DNA from: Selaginella moellendorffii
Lineage: Eukaryota > Plantae > Lycopodiophyta
Reading direction: 5' to 3'
NCBI RefSeq assembly: GCF_000143415.4
Contig: NW_003314315.1
Span: 372,001 to 436,000 of the forward strand
DNA length: 64,000 bases
The notes under the pieces are model-generated. The model worked only from the letters and a program-made list of their open reading frames with translations. It ran no database searches and was not told the DNA's origin. Both the position numbers and the translations under genes were made by a program. Below are positions 36,960 through 51,602 of this stretch, piece after piece; position 1 is the first letter of the stretch, and each line of letters begins with the position of its first letter.

Positions 36960-37469
36960 TGTAAGAATGTCGTCCAGGGCGGGGATTCATTATTGGGCGC
37001 CAAACTTGCGTTTGATTTCCTGCCAGAGAGGCATTTGATTTGCTGGAGCTTGCACCTTGCAGCGTATGCCAAACGCGGGCATCTGGAGGAGACAAAGATT
37101 TTGGTAGATGGGATGCCAGAGTGGGATCTTGTCTCGGGGACGACGATGGTCAATATCTTATCGGAAAGTGGTCTTGTTAGCGAATCTAAGATTTTGTTAT
37201 GCTCACAGCATTTGCGAAGAACGGGCATTTGCGTAAAGCGAAAGAGATCTTTGATACGATGCCCGAGAGGAACTTGGTGTCTCTCAATGCGATGCTAGCG
37301 GCGTATGTCCAGAAAGGAAGATCTGTCGAGGCCAAAGAGTTTTTTGACTCGATGCTCATGAAAGATTTGGTGTCGGCCAACACGGTGCTCTCGGGGCTCG
37401 ATCTAGGCGACGCGGTGGAGCTATTTGAATCCATGGAGTACATCGGCATCGTCTCTTGCAATGCGATCC
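36960..37469 (+). pseudogene. N-terminal half of a PPR gene (copy of 39582-41042), frameshifted and truncated
   Basis: GAKLAFDFLPERHLICWSL...; ~40-bp deletion at ~37198; ends abruptly at CNAI. Confidence 0.85.
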
Positions 37470-38365
37470 GGAGATGGAGGCTGACATGGCTGACGTGATT
37501 GCAAATGCTCAAGCCGAAGAGGACGCTCGAGAAGCTGCTGCTCTCCGCAAGAGGAGTAAAGTCTTGCAGCAAGGATTGCCAAGGCCACCGCCAGCAACGG
37601 TGGAGCTGATAAGGAACACTATCCCTCGACACGCGGAAGCAGATGATCCAAAGACGCTTATCCAGAAGGAGCTGGTCGCCTTGTTGGAGCACGACAACGC
37701 GAAATACCCCATGACGAACAAGTCTGGCAAGCCTCCGCCTGTGATACCCGAGCTGGAGAACTTGGACGAACAAGAGTTGAAGGAGGTATGCGTGTTTTAC
37801 TTGCGATGGTTTCGTCGTTCTTACACTCCCTTGGGACAGGCTGCGCGGGAAATAGAAGAGGAAATCACCCTCGTGAGGGCCTCTCTCGGTCACGACGGCG
37901 CTGACTACACGGTTGTCCGGATGCTTTAGCCGATGACATGACTTACTTCCCCCAGAAGAGCGGCTACGAGCGTGCGAGCCTCGCAAGCACAGCCGAGCGG
38001 CTGGCGGCGGCACAATACGAGTTTGAGGCCGTGAAGAAGGTCACACGAAGAAGGCTCTAAATCTGGAGCAAAAGATCTCTGTTCTAGCCGGCTACAAGGT
38101 ACATTACATTCTTGCGAGTCTCTCTAACTTGGTTCATTTCCAGAGGAGGGGTGACGGGCTGTGGAAGTAGATCGAGGCGGCTTTCAGGGAGGCTGAGTCG
38201 CTGGGCACGGAGCTGCAGTGCTATCGATCGGTTCACCAGCAAGAAGAGCTTATCGCTCCTCGCCGAATTGAGGCATTCCAGGAGGAGGTGAAGAGGCAGA
38301 GCGACAAGGAGAGTGTCCTCCAGATGAGATACGAGCGAATCTGAGAGGACTGCCGAGCACGATGG
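37470..38365 (+). pseudogene. CDC5: Third, 3'-only CDC5 fragment fused to the PPR fragment
   Basis: Begins at EMEADMADVIANAQ (as at 33960); frameshifts and a premature TAG near 38168. Confidence 0.85.
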
Positions 38366-39054
38366 ATCAGAGTTTAAACAGAAGGAGGTGGCACAAAAGG
38401 TTATTAAGCTAACATTCTTCCTGTTTAGCTCAATCCGTGTTGCTACTAACTTATCCTGGCATTCATTTCCTTACCCGCAAGTTCCTCGGCTTCTTCCAGC
38501 GGAACAAAGCAATCAAGTATACTTAAATATACATTAGTGTTACTGTGGTGAGCATGGGATCGATTGCTTATCCATCCTTCACAGTGTCTGCTGCAAGGGT
38601 TATTTTTTCTGTGGTACGTAGTCTCTGTAGCAAGAGCAGTAAGAATTTCATCAGTATCAAAGAGCAGTTCAAGCTGTAGGAGAATAGTGAGGTAACAAGG
38701 CATGAAGGATTGTTAAAAAGATAAAAACAGGAATTGGGAAGAGAGAGTAGAGCATTTGCAAAGTTTGCAGAGGACATTGTGTTTTTGTAGTCATCAGAAT
38801 GTATGCATGAACAAAGCAGAAGACCATCCACAAGCACAACCAGTTCTGACTGCTGCCACCCATCAGATTTACCATACGAACCCACCAATAGAGTCATTGG
38901 CTCGATGGCAGATGCAGAGCACAGCGCACTGCCACAAATCATCTCTATGTTCCCCTCAGCCATACACAAGCTATAATCTGCATATCTGCCCAAAACGATA
39001 GCCACCTTGGAAAAATCTATCACCACCTTTTTCACACTCCAACTCCACCAAAAC

Positions 39055-39513
39055 TTACATCTTCTTCATACTCCAGCCCCGCCAAAATTTCAATGTCAAA
39101 GCATGCATAAATGATGTTAAAGAGATTGGCAGAAAACACATAAGCAAACAAACTACCTTTTCATCTGGGACTGAGCTGCCACCAAGCTTTAGAGCACAAG
39201 TAGCTTTGAGAGACAATGCCCATCCAGCATACACAAGCTGGTGGAAAGACAATTGCCACAAGCCCCAAAACAAAATATCGTTCCAACTTTTAATCTCGTC
39301 CTCGACTTGCCTCATCTCCTTGGTGTAGAGCTTATCACGATTCAATTTAACATTTGCTCTACTCATGTTAAGCATTTCTTGTCTGATTTGGAGTTCCTCC
39401 TCCTTGGCCAGGATATCCCGCATCATGCTTTGGATTTCAAGCTCTTTCATATCATTAATTCTGCGTTGTGTAAGGATTGAAGAGTTCATGTGTTCAACCA
39501 AGCCGGAAAACAT
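39055..39513 (-). CDS. Hypothetical coiled-coil protein or fragment in the inverted-repeat spacer
   Basis: ATG-initiated 152-aa ORF with a charged helical stretch (KELEIQSMMRDILAKEEELQIRQE); no family recognised. Confidence 0.3.
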   Translation of the reverse strand: MFSGLVEHMNSSILTQRRINDMKELEIQSMMRDILAKEEELQIRQEMLNMSRANVKLNRDKLYTKEMRQVEDEIKSWNDILFWGLWQLSFHQLVYAGWALSLKATCALKLGGSSVPDEKVVCLLMCFLPISLTSFMHALTLKFWRGWSMKKM

Positions 39514-39581
39514 GGACAGAGATTAGTGAAAAAGAAGGGTACTCGCTTACCCAAAAGTCACGGATTAGGGCTATAGAATAT

Positions 39582-41042
39582 TTAGCGCTCGCAAAGATTA
39601 GCCGCAAACACGTATGATGTAGCATGGCTAGGATTCAGCTCCAAGACTCGCTTGGCGGCAGTTCTTCCATGGCCAACGCTGGGATTAGCCTTGCAAGCAG
39701 CGAGAAAGCATCTCCAATCCAAAATGTCGGGATCAAATGGCATGTTGGAGATGAGATCTTCGGCATAGCTCAAGTTTCCAGCTCGTCCCAGGAGATCCAG
39801 CATGCAACTATAGAGCTGCTTGGTGATCTTGGTCACACCGAAGTCTTGCCGCATCGATCGAAAGCAAACTTGGCCAGCTTCCATCTTTCCTGCATGGCTG
39901 CAAACAGCGAGCACCGCAAGGAAGCAAGCCTCGTCCGGGAGAATCTCCGCCTTGAGAGCGTCAAAAGTGGCCAAGGCTCGATCAAAGCTCCCGGTGCGAG
40001 CGAGTGCCATGATCATCCATGTCCACGAGACGATGTCACGATCTGGCATGCGTTGGAAGATCGAATATGATAAATCGAAGTTGCCGCTTTGAGCGTGAGC
40101 AATGAGCATGGACGTCCACGAGACGACGTTGCGATCGGGCATTCCCACAAAGAATCTCGAGCACTCCTCGAGATGTCCCTGCTGAGCGTACGCATTGAGC
40201 AGTGCGTTGGAGCTCTCGAGACTGTGCTGCGGCATCTCATCGAAGATCTGCTTGGCCTCCTCCACCGCAAAGCTTGATCCATAAGCTGCCACCATGGAGC
40301 TCCACGAAACTAGAGTTCGCTCGGGCATCGCATCGAAAATCTCTCGACACTTTGTCATCTCTCCTGCTCGACCATATACCGTGAGCATTGCGGTGGCCGA
40401 GATCACGTTGTGAACCGGCATGCTTCGGAAGATCTTTTCGGCTTGATCGATTGGGGAGCACCGCGTGTAAGCGGAGAGGATCGCATTGCAAGAGACGATG
40501 TCGATGTACTCCATGGATTCAAATAGCTCCACCGCGTCGCCTAGATCGAGCCCCGAGAGCATCGTGTTGGCTGACACCAAATCTTTCATGAGCATTGAGT
40601 CAAAAAACTCTTTGGCCTCGACAGATCTTCCTTGCTGGACATACGCCGCTAGCATCGCATTGAGAGACACCAAGTTCCTCTCGGGCATCGTATCAAAGAT
40701 CTCTTTCGCCTGACGCAAATGCCCGTTCTTCGCAAATGCTGTGAGCATGGCTGTCCACGATACAACATTCCGCTGCTCCATCTGATCAAACAAAATCTTA
40801 GATTCGCTAACAAGACCACTTTCCGATAAGATATTGACCATCGTCGTCGCCGAGACAAGATCCCACTCTGGCATCTCATCTACCAAAATCTTTGCCTCCT
40901 CCAGATGCCCGCGTTTGGCATACGCTGCAAGGAGCAAGCTCCAGCAAATCAAATGCCTCTCTGGCAGGAAATCAAACGCAAGTTTGGCGCCCAATAAATC
41001 TCCTCTGTGAATCCCCGCCAGGAACACCTCCCTGGACCACAT
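39582..41042 (-). CDS. PLS-class PPR protein rich in short (S/SS-type) repeats, with an E domain
   Basis: ATG at 41042 (MWSREVFLAG); tandem ~31-aa repeats (FDxMPERNxVSW); YSCMLDLLGRAGNL, AAKRVLELNP. Confidence 0.88.
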   Translation of the reverse strand: MWSREVFLAGIHRGDLLGAKLAFDFLPERHLICWSLLLAAYAKRGHLEEAKILVDEMPEWDLVSATTMVNILSESGLVSESKILFDQMEQRNVVSWTAMLTAFAKNGHLRQAKEIFDTMPERNLVSLNAMLAAYVQQGRSVEAKEFFDSMLMKDLVSANTMLSGLDLGDAVELFESMEYIDIVSCNAILSAYTRCSPIDQAEKIFRSMPVHNVISATAMLTVYGRAGEMTKCREIFDAMPERTLVSWSSMVAAYGSSFAVEEAKQIFDEMPQHSLESSNALLNAYAQQGHLEECSRFFVGMPDRNVVSWTSMLIAHAQSGNFDLSYSIFQRMPDRDIVSWTWMIMALARTGSFDRALATFDALKAEILPDEACFLAVLAVCSHAGKMEAGQVCFRSMRQDFGVTKITKQLYSCMLDLLGRAGNLSYAEDLISNMPFDPDILDWRCFLAACKANPSVGHGRTAAKRVLELNPSHATSYVFAANLCER

Positions 41043-41104
41043 TCTTACACTACTCCCTTCACACCATCTAATCGCAAGAAAAATTGCAAAACTAGGACAG
41101 GAAC

Positions 41105-41175
41105 TGCGCAGCCGGGGAATCGAACCCCGGTCAGTACCGTGGGAGGGTACTATGATACCACTACACCAGCTGCGC
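41105..41175 (-). tRNA. tRNA-Gly(CCC), copy 3
   Basis: Exact reverse complement of copies 1 and 2. Confidence 0.95.
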
Positions 41176-41484
41176 TTCACAATACAAAAAACTCCATTAC
41201 ACCATCTCTATTTTATGTACAATCAAAGTAGATAAAATGGTCTTATGATCCGGAAATGCCGTTATTTGGACACAGGACTTTCTTTGATTACAGAGATATA
41301 TCTTAATTCCAAAATATTACTAACGTTGTAGTATAGAGGTGAGTATGTCCACCTGTCATAGCTGAAGAAATTGTTTATTCAGTAATGTTTAAGCCCAGTT
41401 TACAAAAACACGAAACAAGCACTATTTGTGGGAGTGAGACGTTGAGGTTGGCGGAAGTTTATTAGTCTTGTAGTGACGATTGTA

Positions 41485-42511
41485 TTATGCATGCATTTGC
41501 TGGAAGGGGCAGCGCAATCCTCCATCGTAGTATGGTCCAAGCTTGCCCGATTTCAGCGCTCCCAGCTCCGCCAACTTGTATCCTTTCTCAAATGCCGGTG
41601 GCCGATACATATTCACGTTGAGCTGCCGGTATTCTTCCGGATTGGCAGCGGGATTGGGACACCAGTCCACCTCAATGCTGCCCTTGGCACCCCCTACACG
41701 TCTGGGAGGCATAAACACGGACACGCAGCTCCCAGCCAGGAGCTTGAATGCACCCAAGATGATCCACTCCACAATCACGGGCGGCTTTTCCAATCCCACT
41801 GCGCTCCTGATTGTGGGATCGATGAGTGCGCAGATCCCAGTCTCCACCAGGGGCTGCAAGGGGCGAGGAAACGCGTCCAGCACCAGATGCTTGAGATCCT
41901 GGATGATGCTCTTGTTCTTGTCCGTGAAGATGGCGTTCTTGGCCTCGTAGTCGCGAATGTATTGTCGCATCTCAGGGATGCTGTCCGGGATGTTTGTGAT
42001 GCCCATCCTCACGCCCACGTCGTGCCACACAACATAGGCGGCCTGCTTCTCGTTGTCGGTCCACTGGCGGAATCCAAACCTCTCGGAGAAATCAATGGGG
42101 CCGATCACGTTGAGGGAGAGGACGGGTCGTTTGGGATCCTGAACTTGCTGTGGATTCCATTCAATCTCCTCACCGCGTAAGAGCCGCGATCGCTGTCGAC
42201 GTGGTGGTGGATCATCTCGCTCACCAGAATGTTGGTCTCGGCGGCGCGCTTCTGGAGGCCGTACTTGGTCTTGAAGAGCAGATTTGTGATCCGGGGATGC
42301 CGAGCGTGCGGATGGTGCCAAACTCGAGCGCCTTTTGCGACAGGAAGGGGAATTCCACGGAGTACATGTACCACAAGATCTTGCGGGCGTCTCTCACGGG
42401 GTGGAGCGACGCTAGAAATCGTGCCCTCTCTTCTCTCTTGCGGATACACACCATCTTCTATAGCGCTGCGGCTGCCACCATGATCATGAACAAGAACAAC
42501 ATGGCTGCCAT
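41485..42511 (-). pseudogene. Frameshifted copy of the MpaB'-like gene
   Basis: Relative to 35450-36496: 1-bp deletion (~42291), 9-bp deletion (~42255) and 10-bp deletion (~42125); otherwise nearly identical. Confidence 0.9.
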
Positions 42512-43101
42512 AGATCAAATTTGCAAAAGTTTTTGGTGATGGAGCCGATCGATCTTAGAGAGGGAGAGAGTTTCTGTAGTAATGCTGCTTTCTCTTCTAA
42601 TGAGTGAATGATAGAGGGAGAGAAGATGGTTTTATACCAGTGAGAGTTGAGCCACTGATCCAACAGAGATCTTTCACGTTTTTCATTTCTACCATGTTTC
42701 ATGAACAGCCCACGCAGTCCCAAAGTAAACGATCCGTAAACAGTCTTTCTTGTTCCATTAAGTTGATCTTTTCCTTGTCACTTTTGTTTAGCACCGTATC
42801 AATCAGTGGAACGAAGGTTCCGACGTTAACATCGCGTCTTGCATGCTTTTAACACCATATCATTTCAGTAGAACGAAGGTTCCTTCCAACTTTATTAAAC
42901 TGATTACCTTATATTTTATGCTACGCACGGTGATACAAACACCATGTGAGGAAAACCGAGATTCCTGGATGTTTACCAGAGTAAAGTTCATTGTTAGACT
43001 GTTGGACCATTGATTTAAAGAAAAGAGCTGTGAACCAAAGAGAATTAAATCAAAGTGGAATCAAAGATGCTGGTACAATCGCTATAAACCATTACAAATA
43101 T

Positions 43102-45650
<2,549 letters not shown>

Positions 45651-45849
45651 CTAGCCAGCAGCAGGAGTGGAGTGATGAGCGCCGCGAGAGGGAGAGCGCC
45701 CGCACAACGAGCTAACCCTAGAAACTCTAAACCCTAAACACAAAAAAATCTTGTCATGGATATACCAGAATAATATGTACGACATCGTGTACGGAAAACT
45801 ACGTAAGAATCTTCGCGAAGCTTTAGTCGACAAAATATGATGGAGGATC

Positions 45850-46400
45850 TGGAGGAGATTTGGAACCTGGAGAAAGGAAACGAGGAAGCAAAATGAGGCA
45901 GGAAAACTCTCAAGGAAAATTTACCAGAGGAAGAAATCCATGATCCAGCGACGCACACATCCACACTATCACTGTTAAATGCGGTGGCTGTGAAATTCGG
46001 TGGCCGCGAGCAGTCCATCTATCCATGATCAAGGTCGAAGCTCGTCAGAGAAAGAAAGAGAAAGAAGAAATCTATTCACTTACAGAGTGAGTAGTATCCC
46101 ATCCAATGTGAGCAATGTGCTTGACATCTGTGGGATAGCCGATCTCGATATCACTTCTTTCTGCGAGATGTGTCAGTAAGTTGGAACAGTGACAAGTTGA
46201 AGCACGTACCAAACAAGTGTCGCAATCTTCGCAATCCCTTGAACTTGAGCCTTTGCCTCTTCCGTCTTTCTTGGTGTAATGACATAAGAACTTCTGCCAC
46301 GGGAGAAACGAAAAGAACATTTATGAGACTCGACCAACCAAACATTGTCAGTGAGGATGCAGCTTACTTGGAACGGCAGCATTTTGAGCTTGGCTGCAGG
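45850..46400 (-). CDS. CRIB-domain ROP effector (RIC-like), multi-exon; boundaries approximate
   Basis: DIEIGYPTDVKHIAHIGWD at ~46098-46155, preceded by an exon with KFKGLRRLRHLF. Confidence 0.75.
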
Positions 46401-47096
46401 AGGAAGAAGTGATTTTTGTGGCTAGATCGTTGATAGCCCTCTGAATTCTAGCTTGCGTTTCCTGCGCGGCTTTGCGATTGCTGAAACCAAACCCCTTGTG
46501 ACTGCCATTCTAGCAAGCGCCACGAATCAAACATTAATATACCAAACTGAGTAGAACGAACAAACCTCGTGACGGAGTACAAAGAATTGTTGCGACAAGG
46601 TACTAAACACTTGGGGATCACGCACGGTGTACTCAAACAAGAGCTGACCGTCCTGACAACAGAGAGAAATCATAAAAATTCAACAACAAAAACTATTCTT
46701 ACCAGGAGATCACGCAGCTGAAGCCGCACAAACGCGTTCTCAAGCACCCTCATGTGTAGCTCTCCTATCAGAGCTCTGGAGTGCCACGAAACGCTTCCTT
46801 GCGCTGCCTCGAACATGAGAACCGGACACTTAGCCTGCGAGAAAGTCTCAATCTTGAGAAACCCACCAAAAACCAACAAGAGATCCTCACACATACCACA
46901 AAATTCGGCGTCTCCATAGCTCCCCTGTGTTGTTCTTCCGCTATGGCTCGAGCTGGAGAGCATAGATCAAACTTTCCTTTGGTGTTTTGTCGACTGCGAT
47001 GAACAGCCCCTGACACGTGGAATCCATCCGAGGGTCCATCTCGAGCTTGCTTTGCTTGGTTGTAAAAAGTGAGCTACCTGTGGACTGCTCGTCTCA

Positions 47097-48032
47097 TCAC
47101 TTCTTTAGTGGAGCAAAGAGCTTGGAAATCTCTCCACTTTCGGCCAGTTCGCTCATCACGTCAGCTCCACCAACAAATTCACCCTTGACGAAGACTTGCG
47201 GGATCGTCGGCCACTGGCTGTAAGACTTGATGGCTTCTCTCACACCAGAGTTGTGTTCTTCGTCCAAAACGTTCACTGTCTCATAGTCCACGCCTTGCTG
47301 CTCGAGGATGGTGAGCACCCGGTGAGAGAAGCCACACTGTGGAGCGGTCCTGGAGCCTTTGATGAAGGCGACGACGTTGTGGGTCTTGACGACGATGCCG
47401 ATGAGCTCCTCGAGCGTGATGGTCAGCTCCTTGTCCCGCGATGGCTTCATCTTTAGATCGTTCTTGGCTTTCTTCTTTGCAGTCCAGGTGGTGTTCCCGG
47501 GAGAGTTTCCACTGGGAACACTGCCAGTAGCTTTGATGTGCTCTTCCACCCAAGCTTGCCATGCCTGCTTAAGTTCTTCTCTATTCGCGCTCTCCACCAC
47601 AGCCACCTAAAGGACGAGAAACAATGAAGAAAGATTTACAAAGAATGGATGAAGGATTACCTTGACAGCGCCACAGAGCTCTGGCAAATCCCTGGCATGG
47701 CCCTGGACACTCGTAGAAATCCTCCTAGACATCCCTACGAACTGGAGCTCGCCTTGCTTGTCATAGATCGCATAGACTCCTTGCGCGGCAGGGATCTTGC
47801 TAAGCTCTTCCGGAACGATGCTCGAGCTCTCTACCTCCGAAAGCTTTCTAACGCTGCTACACACGATATTTCTAGCGATTCTCCTCGGATTCTTGCTGCG
47901 AATTCCGGCACTAGCGCTAAATCTCAAGCCAAGAACCTGTTTCTCGCCAATGCTGTGCGCGCTGCGCCGAGGTGCCGGAGAGACGATGCCTGGGACGCAA
48001 TGCGAGAGGAAACCGATCGAGCCGGCCGCCAT
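47097..48032 (-). CDS. GRXS16: Plastid monothiol glutaredoxin with an N-terminal GIY-YIG-like domain (one intron ~47607-47661)
   Basis: Transit peptide; GVYAIYDKQGELQFVGMSR; FIKGSRTAPQCGFS; YSQWPTIPQVFVKGEFVGGAD. Confidence 0.92.
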
Positions 48033-48096
48033 TTTGGCTCTTCTCTAGCTCAAGAACCCTAACAAAATATTTTGATGGGCATTTGGATAGCTCGCT

Positions 48097-50016
48097 ATGG
48101 CAGCGCGTTGTGGAGACGCTGCTAGGGTTTGTAGCGTCGCGGAATCGGCCGCATTCTACCAGGTACGCCTCCCGCGATCGCCTCTCAACGTCCGGTTCTC
48201 GATTGGATGGGACAGTACTACCCGGTCGATCGCGAAAGCCACGACCAGGACGAAGCTACTGGTTCCAGCCGCGACAAAGGTCCGCCGGAAGAAGCCAGTG
48301 GATGAAGCACAGGATCAAGGATTTTTCCAATTCGATGCCAGGAGCCAAGTGGAAGCTCCACTGGGAGCTCCAGCGGTGGAAGAGGACGAATCACAGGAGC
48401 TTGATCTCACAGCCCAGGCAGAGGCCATTGCATCGTCCCTCGATCGAAATGGCGTCGTGGAAACTGTGAGATTTCTCGACGGTGCTTCGCTGTCGCCCAT
48501 CCTCGTCGGTCCAGTGCTCAAGAGAACAAAGAGGTGTGAGGCCGCGCTAGAGTTTTTCCAGTGGTGCCGACAGCAGGATGGCTTCAAGCACAGCCTCTAC
48601 AACTACAACTCGATGCTGGCTTCGATGGTGGTGAGCAAGAGCGTGGCTCTCGAGAAGATCTACTCGCAGATGCTAGAAGATGGTGTTGTTCCAGACCGGG
48701 ATAGCTACAATCTCTTGGTGAGAGGGTTGACCAAGCTGAGCAGCGTGGATCAAGCTCGGGCGATGCTGAGCACGATGGTGGGCGAAGGCTACGATCCAGA
48801 CGTGGTGACTTGCGGGCTCTTGGTGGACAAGTTTTGCGAGATGAAGAGAGTTGGCGAAGTTTGCGAGCTCTTCCAGGAGCTCGAGAGCAATGGTGTTGCC
48901 GTGGGGATGCTGGCCTACAACGCCATCCTCAAGGCTCTCATGTGCTCGGGAGACTTCGATGGAGGATTCAAGTTCTCGGACATAGCCGTCGGCGATGGCT
49001 CCCTCCCTCACGTCCTGGCTTACAAGACGATGCTCGACTGCCTCATCAAGACCGGAAAAACTCGCGAGGCCTCCGAGGTTGTGGGAGAGATGATAAAGAA
49101 GAGCGTCCCCGACGGGATGACTTACACGGCGCTCATCAGCGTCCTCTGCAAGCACAACCGGGCCGACGATGCGATGAAGGTGTTCGACATCATGGTGGAG
49201 AAGGAAATCGTCCCAAACTTGGACGTCTACACTTCGCTCCTGGCCGCGCACTGCCGGACGAGAAAACTGGACGGAGCTTACAGATTGTTCGTGGAGATGA
49301 TCCAACGAGGCTACGGTCCAAGCGCCAGCACGTATGGTCTGCTCCTGCGCTGCCTTTGCAATGGTGGAAGATCTTACCTCGCCTACGACATCCACTCGTC
49401 AATGCGATCTCGCGGCCATGTCCCGGACGAGAACACTTACGCGTCTCTCATCTATGGCTGCTGCATGGCCGGGAGGATCACCGAGGCCAAAGTTCTGTTC
49501 AAGGAAGTTCTAGAGGGCGAGAAAGCCCTGCTCGACGCCGGGATCTACAACGTCCTCATCGAGGGTCTTTGCCGGGCTTCCAAGGTGGAGGAAGCGCTCG
49601 AAGTCACGGCAGGGATGGTGGACAAGGGGTGCATTCCAACGCTCCAGACTTACAACGCGCTCATCATGGGCTTCTTCAAGGCCAACGAGGTGGACAAGGC
49701 GCTGCAGCTCTTCCGGGTGATGGAGGAGAAGGGATTCTCGCCAAACACGATGATCTACAGTACTTTCATCGATGGGCTGTGCAAGGTGGGCAAGATCAAC
49801 GAGGCGCACGAGTTCTTCCAGCAATCCGTGGAGCGAGGCTGCGTCCCGGACAACGTCACTTACAACGCTTTGATCCGGGGCTTGTTTGGAGCAAACAGGA
49901 TGGACGAGGCTCACAGGCTCTACCGGGAGATGGGAGAGAGGGGCTACATTGCCGATCGATCGCTAAGAACTCTGGCATTCCAACGCTCGCGAGAAGAACA
50001 AAGCTTTCACAGTTAG
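48097..50016 (+). CDS. P-class PPR protein, probably plastid-targeted
   Basis: ALEFFQWCRQQDGFKHSLYNYN then tandem 35-aa repeats (TYNALIMGFFKANEVDKALQLF). Confidence 0.92.
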   Translation: MAARCGDAARVCSVAESAAFYQVRLPRSPLNVRFSIGWDSTTRSIAKATTRTKLLVPAATKVRRKKPVDEAQDQGFFQFDARSQVEAPLGAPAVEEDESQELDLTAQAEAIASSLDRNGVVETVRFLDGASLSPILVGPVLKRTKRCEAALEFFQWCRQQDGFKHSLYNYNSMLASMVVSKSVALEKIYSQMLEDGVVPDRDSYNLLVRGLTKLSSVDQARAMLSTMVGEGYDPDVVTCGLLVDKFCEMKRVGEVCELFQELESNGVAVGMLAYNAILKALMCSGDFDGGFKFSDIAVGDGSLPHVLAYKTMLDCLIKTGKTREASEVVGEMIKKSVPDGMTYTALISVLCKHNRADDAMKVFDIMVEKEIVPNLDVYTSLLAAHCRTRKLDGAYRLFVEMIQRGYGPSASTYGLLLRCLCNGGRSYLAYDIHSSMRSRGHVPDENTYASLIYGCCMAGRITEAKVLFKEVLEGEKALLDAGIYNVLIEGLCRASKVEEALEVTAGMVDKGCIPTLQTYNALIMGFFKANEVDKALQLFRVMEEKGFSPNTMIYSTFIDGLCKVGKINEAHEFFQQSVERGCVPDNVTYNALIRGLFGANRMDEAHRLYREMGERGYIADRSLRTLAFQRSREEQSFHS

Positions 50017-50139
50017 ACGAAGATTTAAATATACCACGTGACCGGAGAATATTCTCTAGGGTTTATGTGAAGAGCCCTAATTTGATGGATCGGATCTAAG
50101 CGGAGGTGTGTCGCTTCTTCTAGCTCTGGATCGACCGCG

Positions 50140-51602
50140 ATGAATCTGCGAATCTATGATCACGCGCAGATTGCGCAGCGGAGGCTCCTGGAGCGAGAAC
50201 AGGTAGGCGTTTTAGCTCGTTTCTGGTTGTGATTGAGACTGTGGTGTGCTCCAGGCGTATGCGGAATCCGTGGCGGATGATCTTGGCGAGGAGCTGAGCT
50301 TGCCTGGAGAGAATGCGGCCGGCAGGGGCGGGGAGAGCGAGGAAATCGAGCAAGCGTCGGTGAACACGCAGATCTCCGATTCGAATGTCGGGTTTCGGCT
50401 CTTGCAAAAAATGGGATGGAAGGGAAAGGGGCTTGGGAAAGACGAACAAGGTACTTGTATTCCTCTTCTTTCTTCCAGACTAGATTTTCTTGCGCTTCTT
50501 CAAACAGGGATAGTGGAGCCAATCCGAGCTGACAGCCGAGATCCAAAGCTTGGAGTTGGGAAGCAAGAGGAGGATGATTTCTACACGGCCGAGGCGAGCA
50601 TCCATCGGAAGAAGATGGAGTCGGAAACATCGGAAAACGATGAAGAGACTGCGAAGAAACGCGAGGTATGCCAAAAACTCTCTTTGCTTTTCGTTCACTT
50701 TGTTAGTTTCTCGGTCCCGATTGAGTGTCCGTAGCTCTAGCTGTTTGCTTTGTTTTTGGAGGATGCCTTTTGAAAGTAAAGTGCATGGGGGGGATTTTTT
50801 TTTGTGGAAAGGAATGAGGAATGAGGTCTGGGCGTTACTGGTTCGAGCTTTATTACCATGGTGGCCTCTCGGCTCCGTGGCCATGCTGAAAACGTTTAGG
50901 TGGAGGCAGAGCGCGAGCTCAAGATCCAGAGCGAAGTCAAGGAGATCCGCAAGGTGTTTTTCTGCGAGCTTTGCAACAAGCAGTACAAGTTCGCAGTGGA
51001 GTTTGAGACGCATCTCAGCTCCTACGATCACAATCATCGAAAGGCAAGCCTTGGTTCTTCGTTTGTCTTGGATTCCGTGCCATCTAACTAGCGGTGTGGC
51101 GTTTGATCACTCGCAGCGATTTAAAGAGATGAGGGACCTACACTCTAGCCGGGACCGCGACGATCGCCAGAAGCGTGAACAGCTCAGGCTTGACAAGGAG
51201 ATGGCGAAGCGACAGTGAGTGTTCTCCCCCCTTGATTGTGGTGGTCCTCGAGAGCTTTATGATTGACGCGTCTCTCTTTTTCCAGAGCCGAGGCTCAACG
51301 CCAGCAGCAAGAGCAACAATCCGACGCTGCGAAAGTCATCGACGCTCCCCCTCCAGACTCTACAGCAGTCTCTACAGCAATCTCTACAGCAGCGGCAGCA
51401 CCAGTGCCTGGAACAGTGAAGTTTGGATTCTCATCCAGAGCAATCTCGACAAAGGTATGCGTTTCTTCTTCTCAAAATTTTTTTTTTCTCTTTAGCGAGA
51501 CAAAGTCTCCTCTCTTTGAAGGTTCTACCGGATGGCGCTGCAGCGAAAAAGCTCAAAGTCTTCGCCAAAGTTCCATCCGTCTTTGGTGAAGATAGCGACT
51601 GA
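50140..51602 (+). CDS. G-patch plus C2H2 zinc-finger protein (GPATCH8-like), multi-exon
   Basis: SNVGFRLLQKMGWKGKGLGKDEQG; FFCELCNKQYK...FETHLSSYDHNHRK; ends VPSVFGEDSD. Confidence 0.88.

Noticed and set aside
36832-36960. tRNA-derived SINE explanation for the repeated tRNA-Gly
   Set aside because: The copies are perfect full-length tRNAs without a shared SINE body, A-tail or target-site duplication
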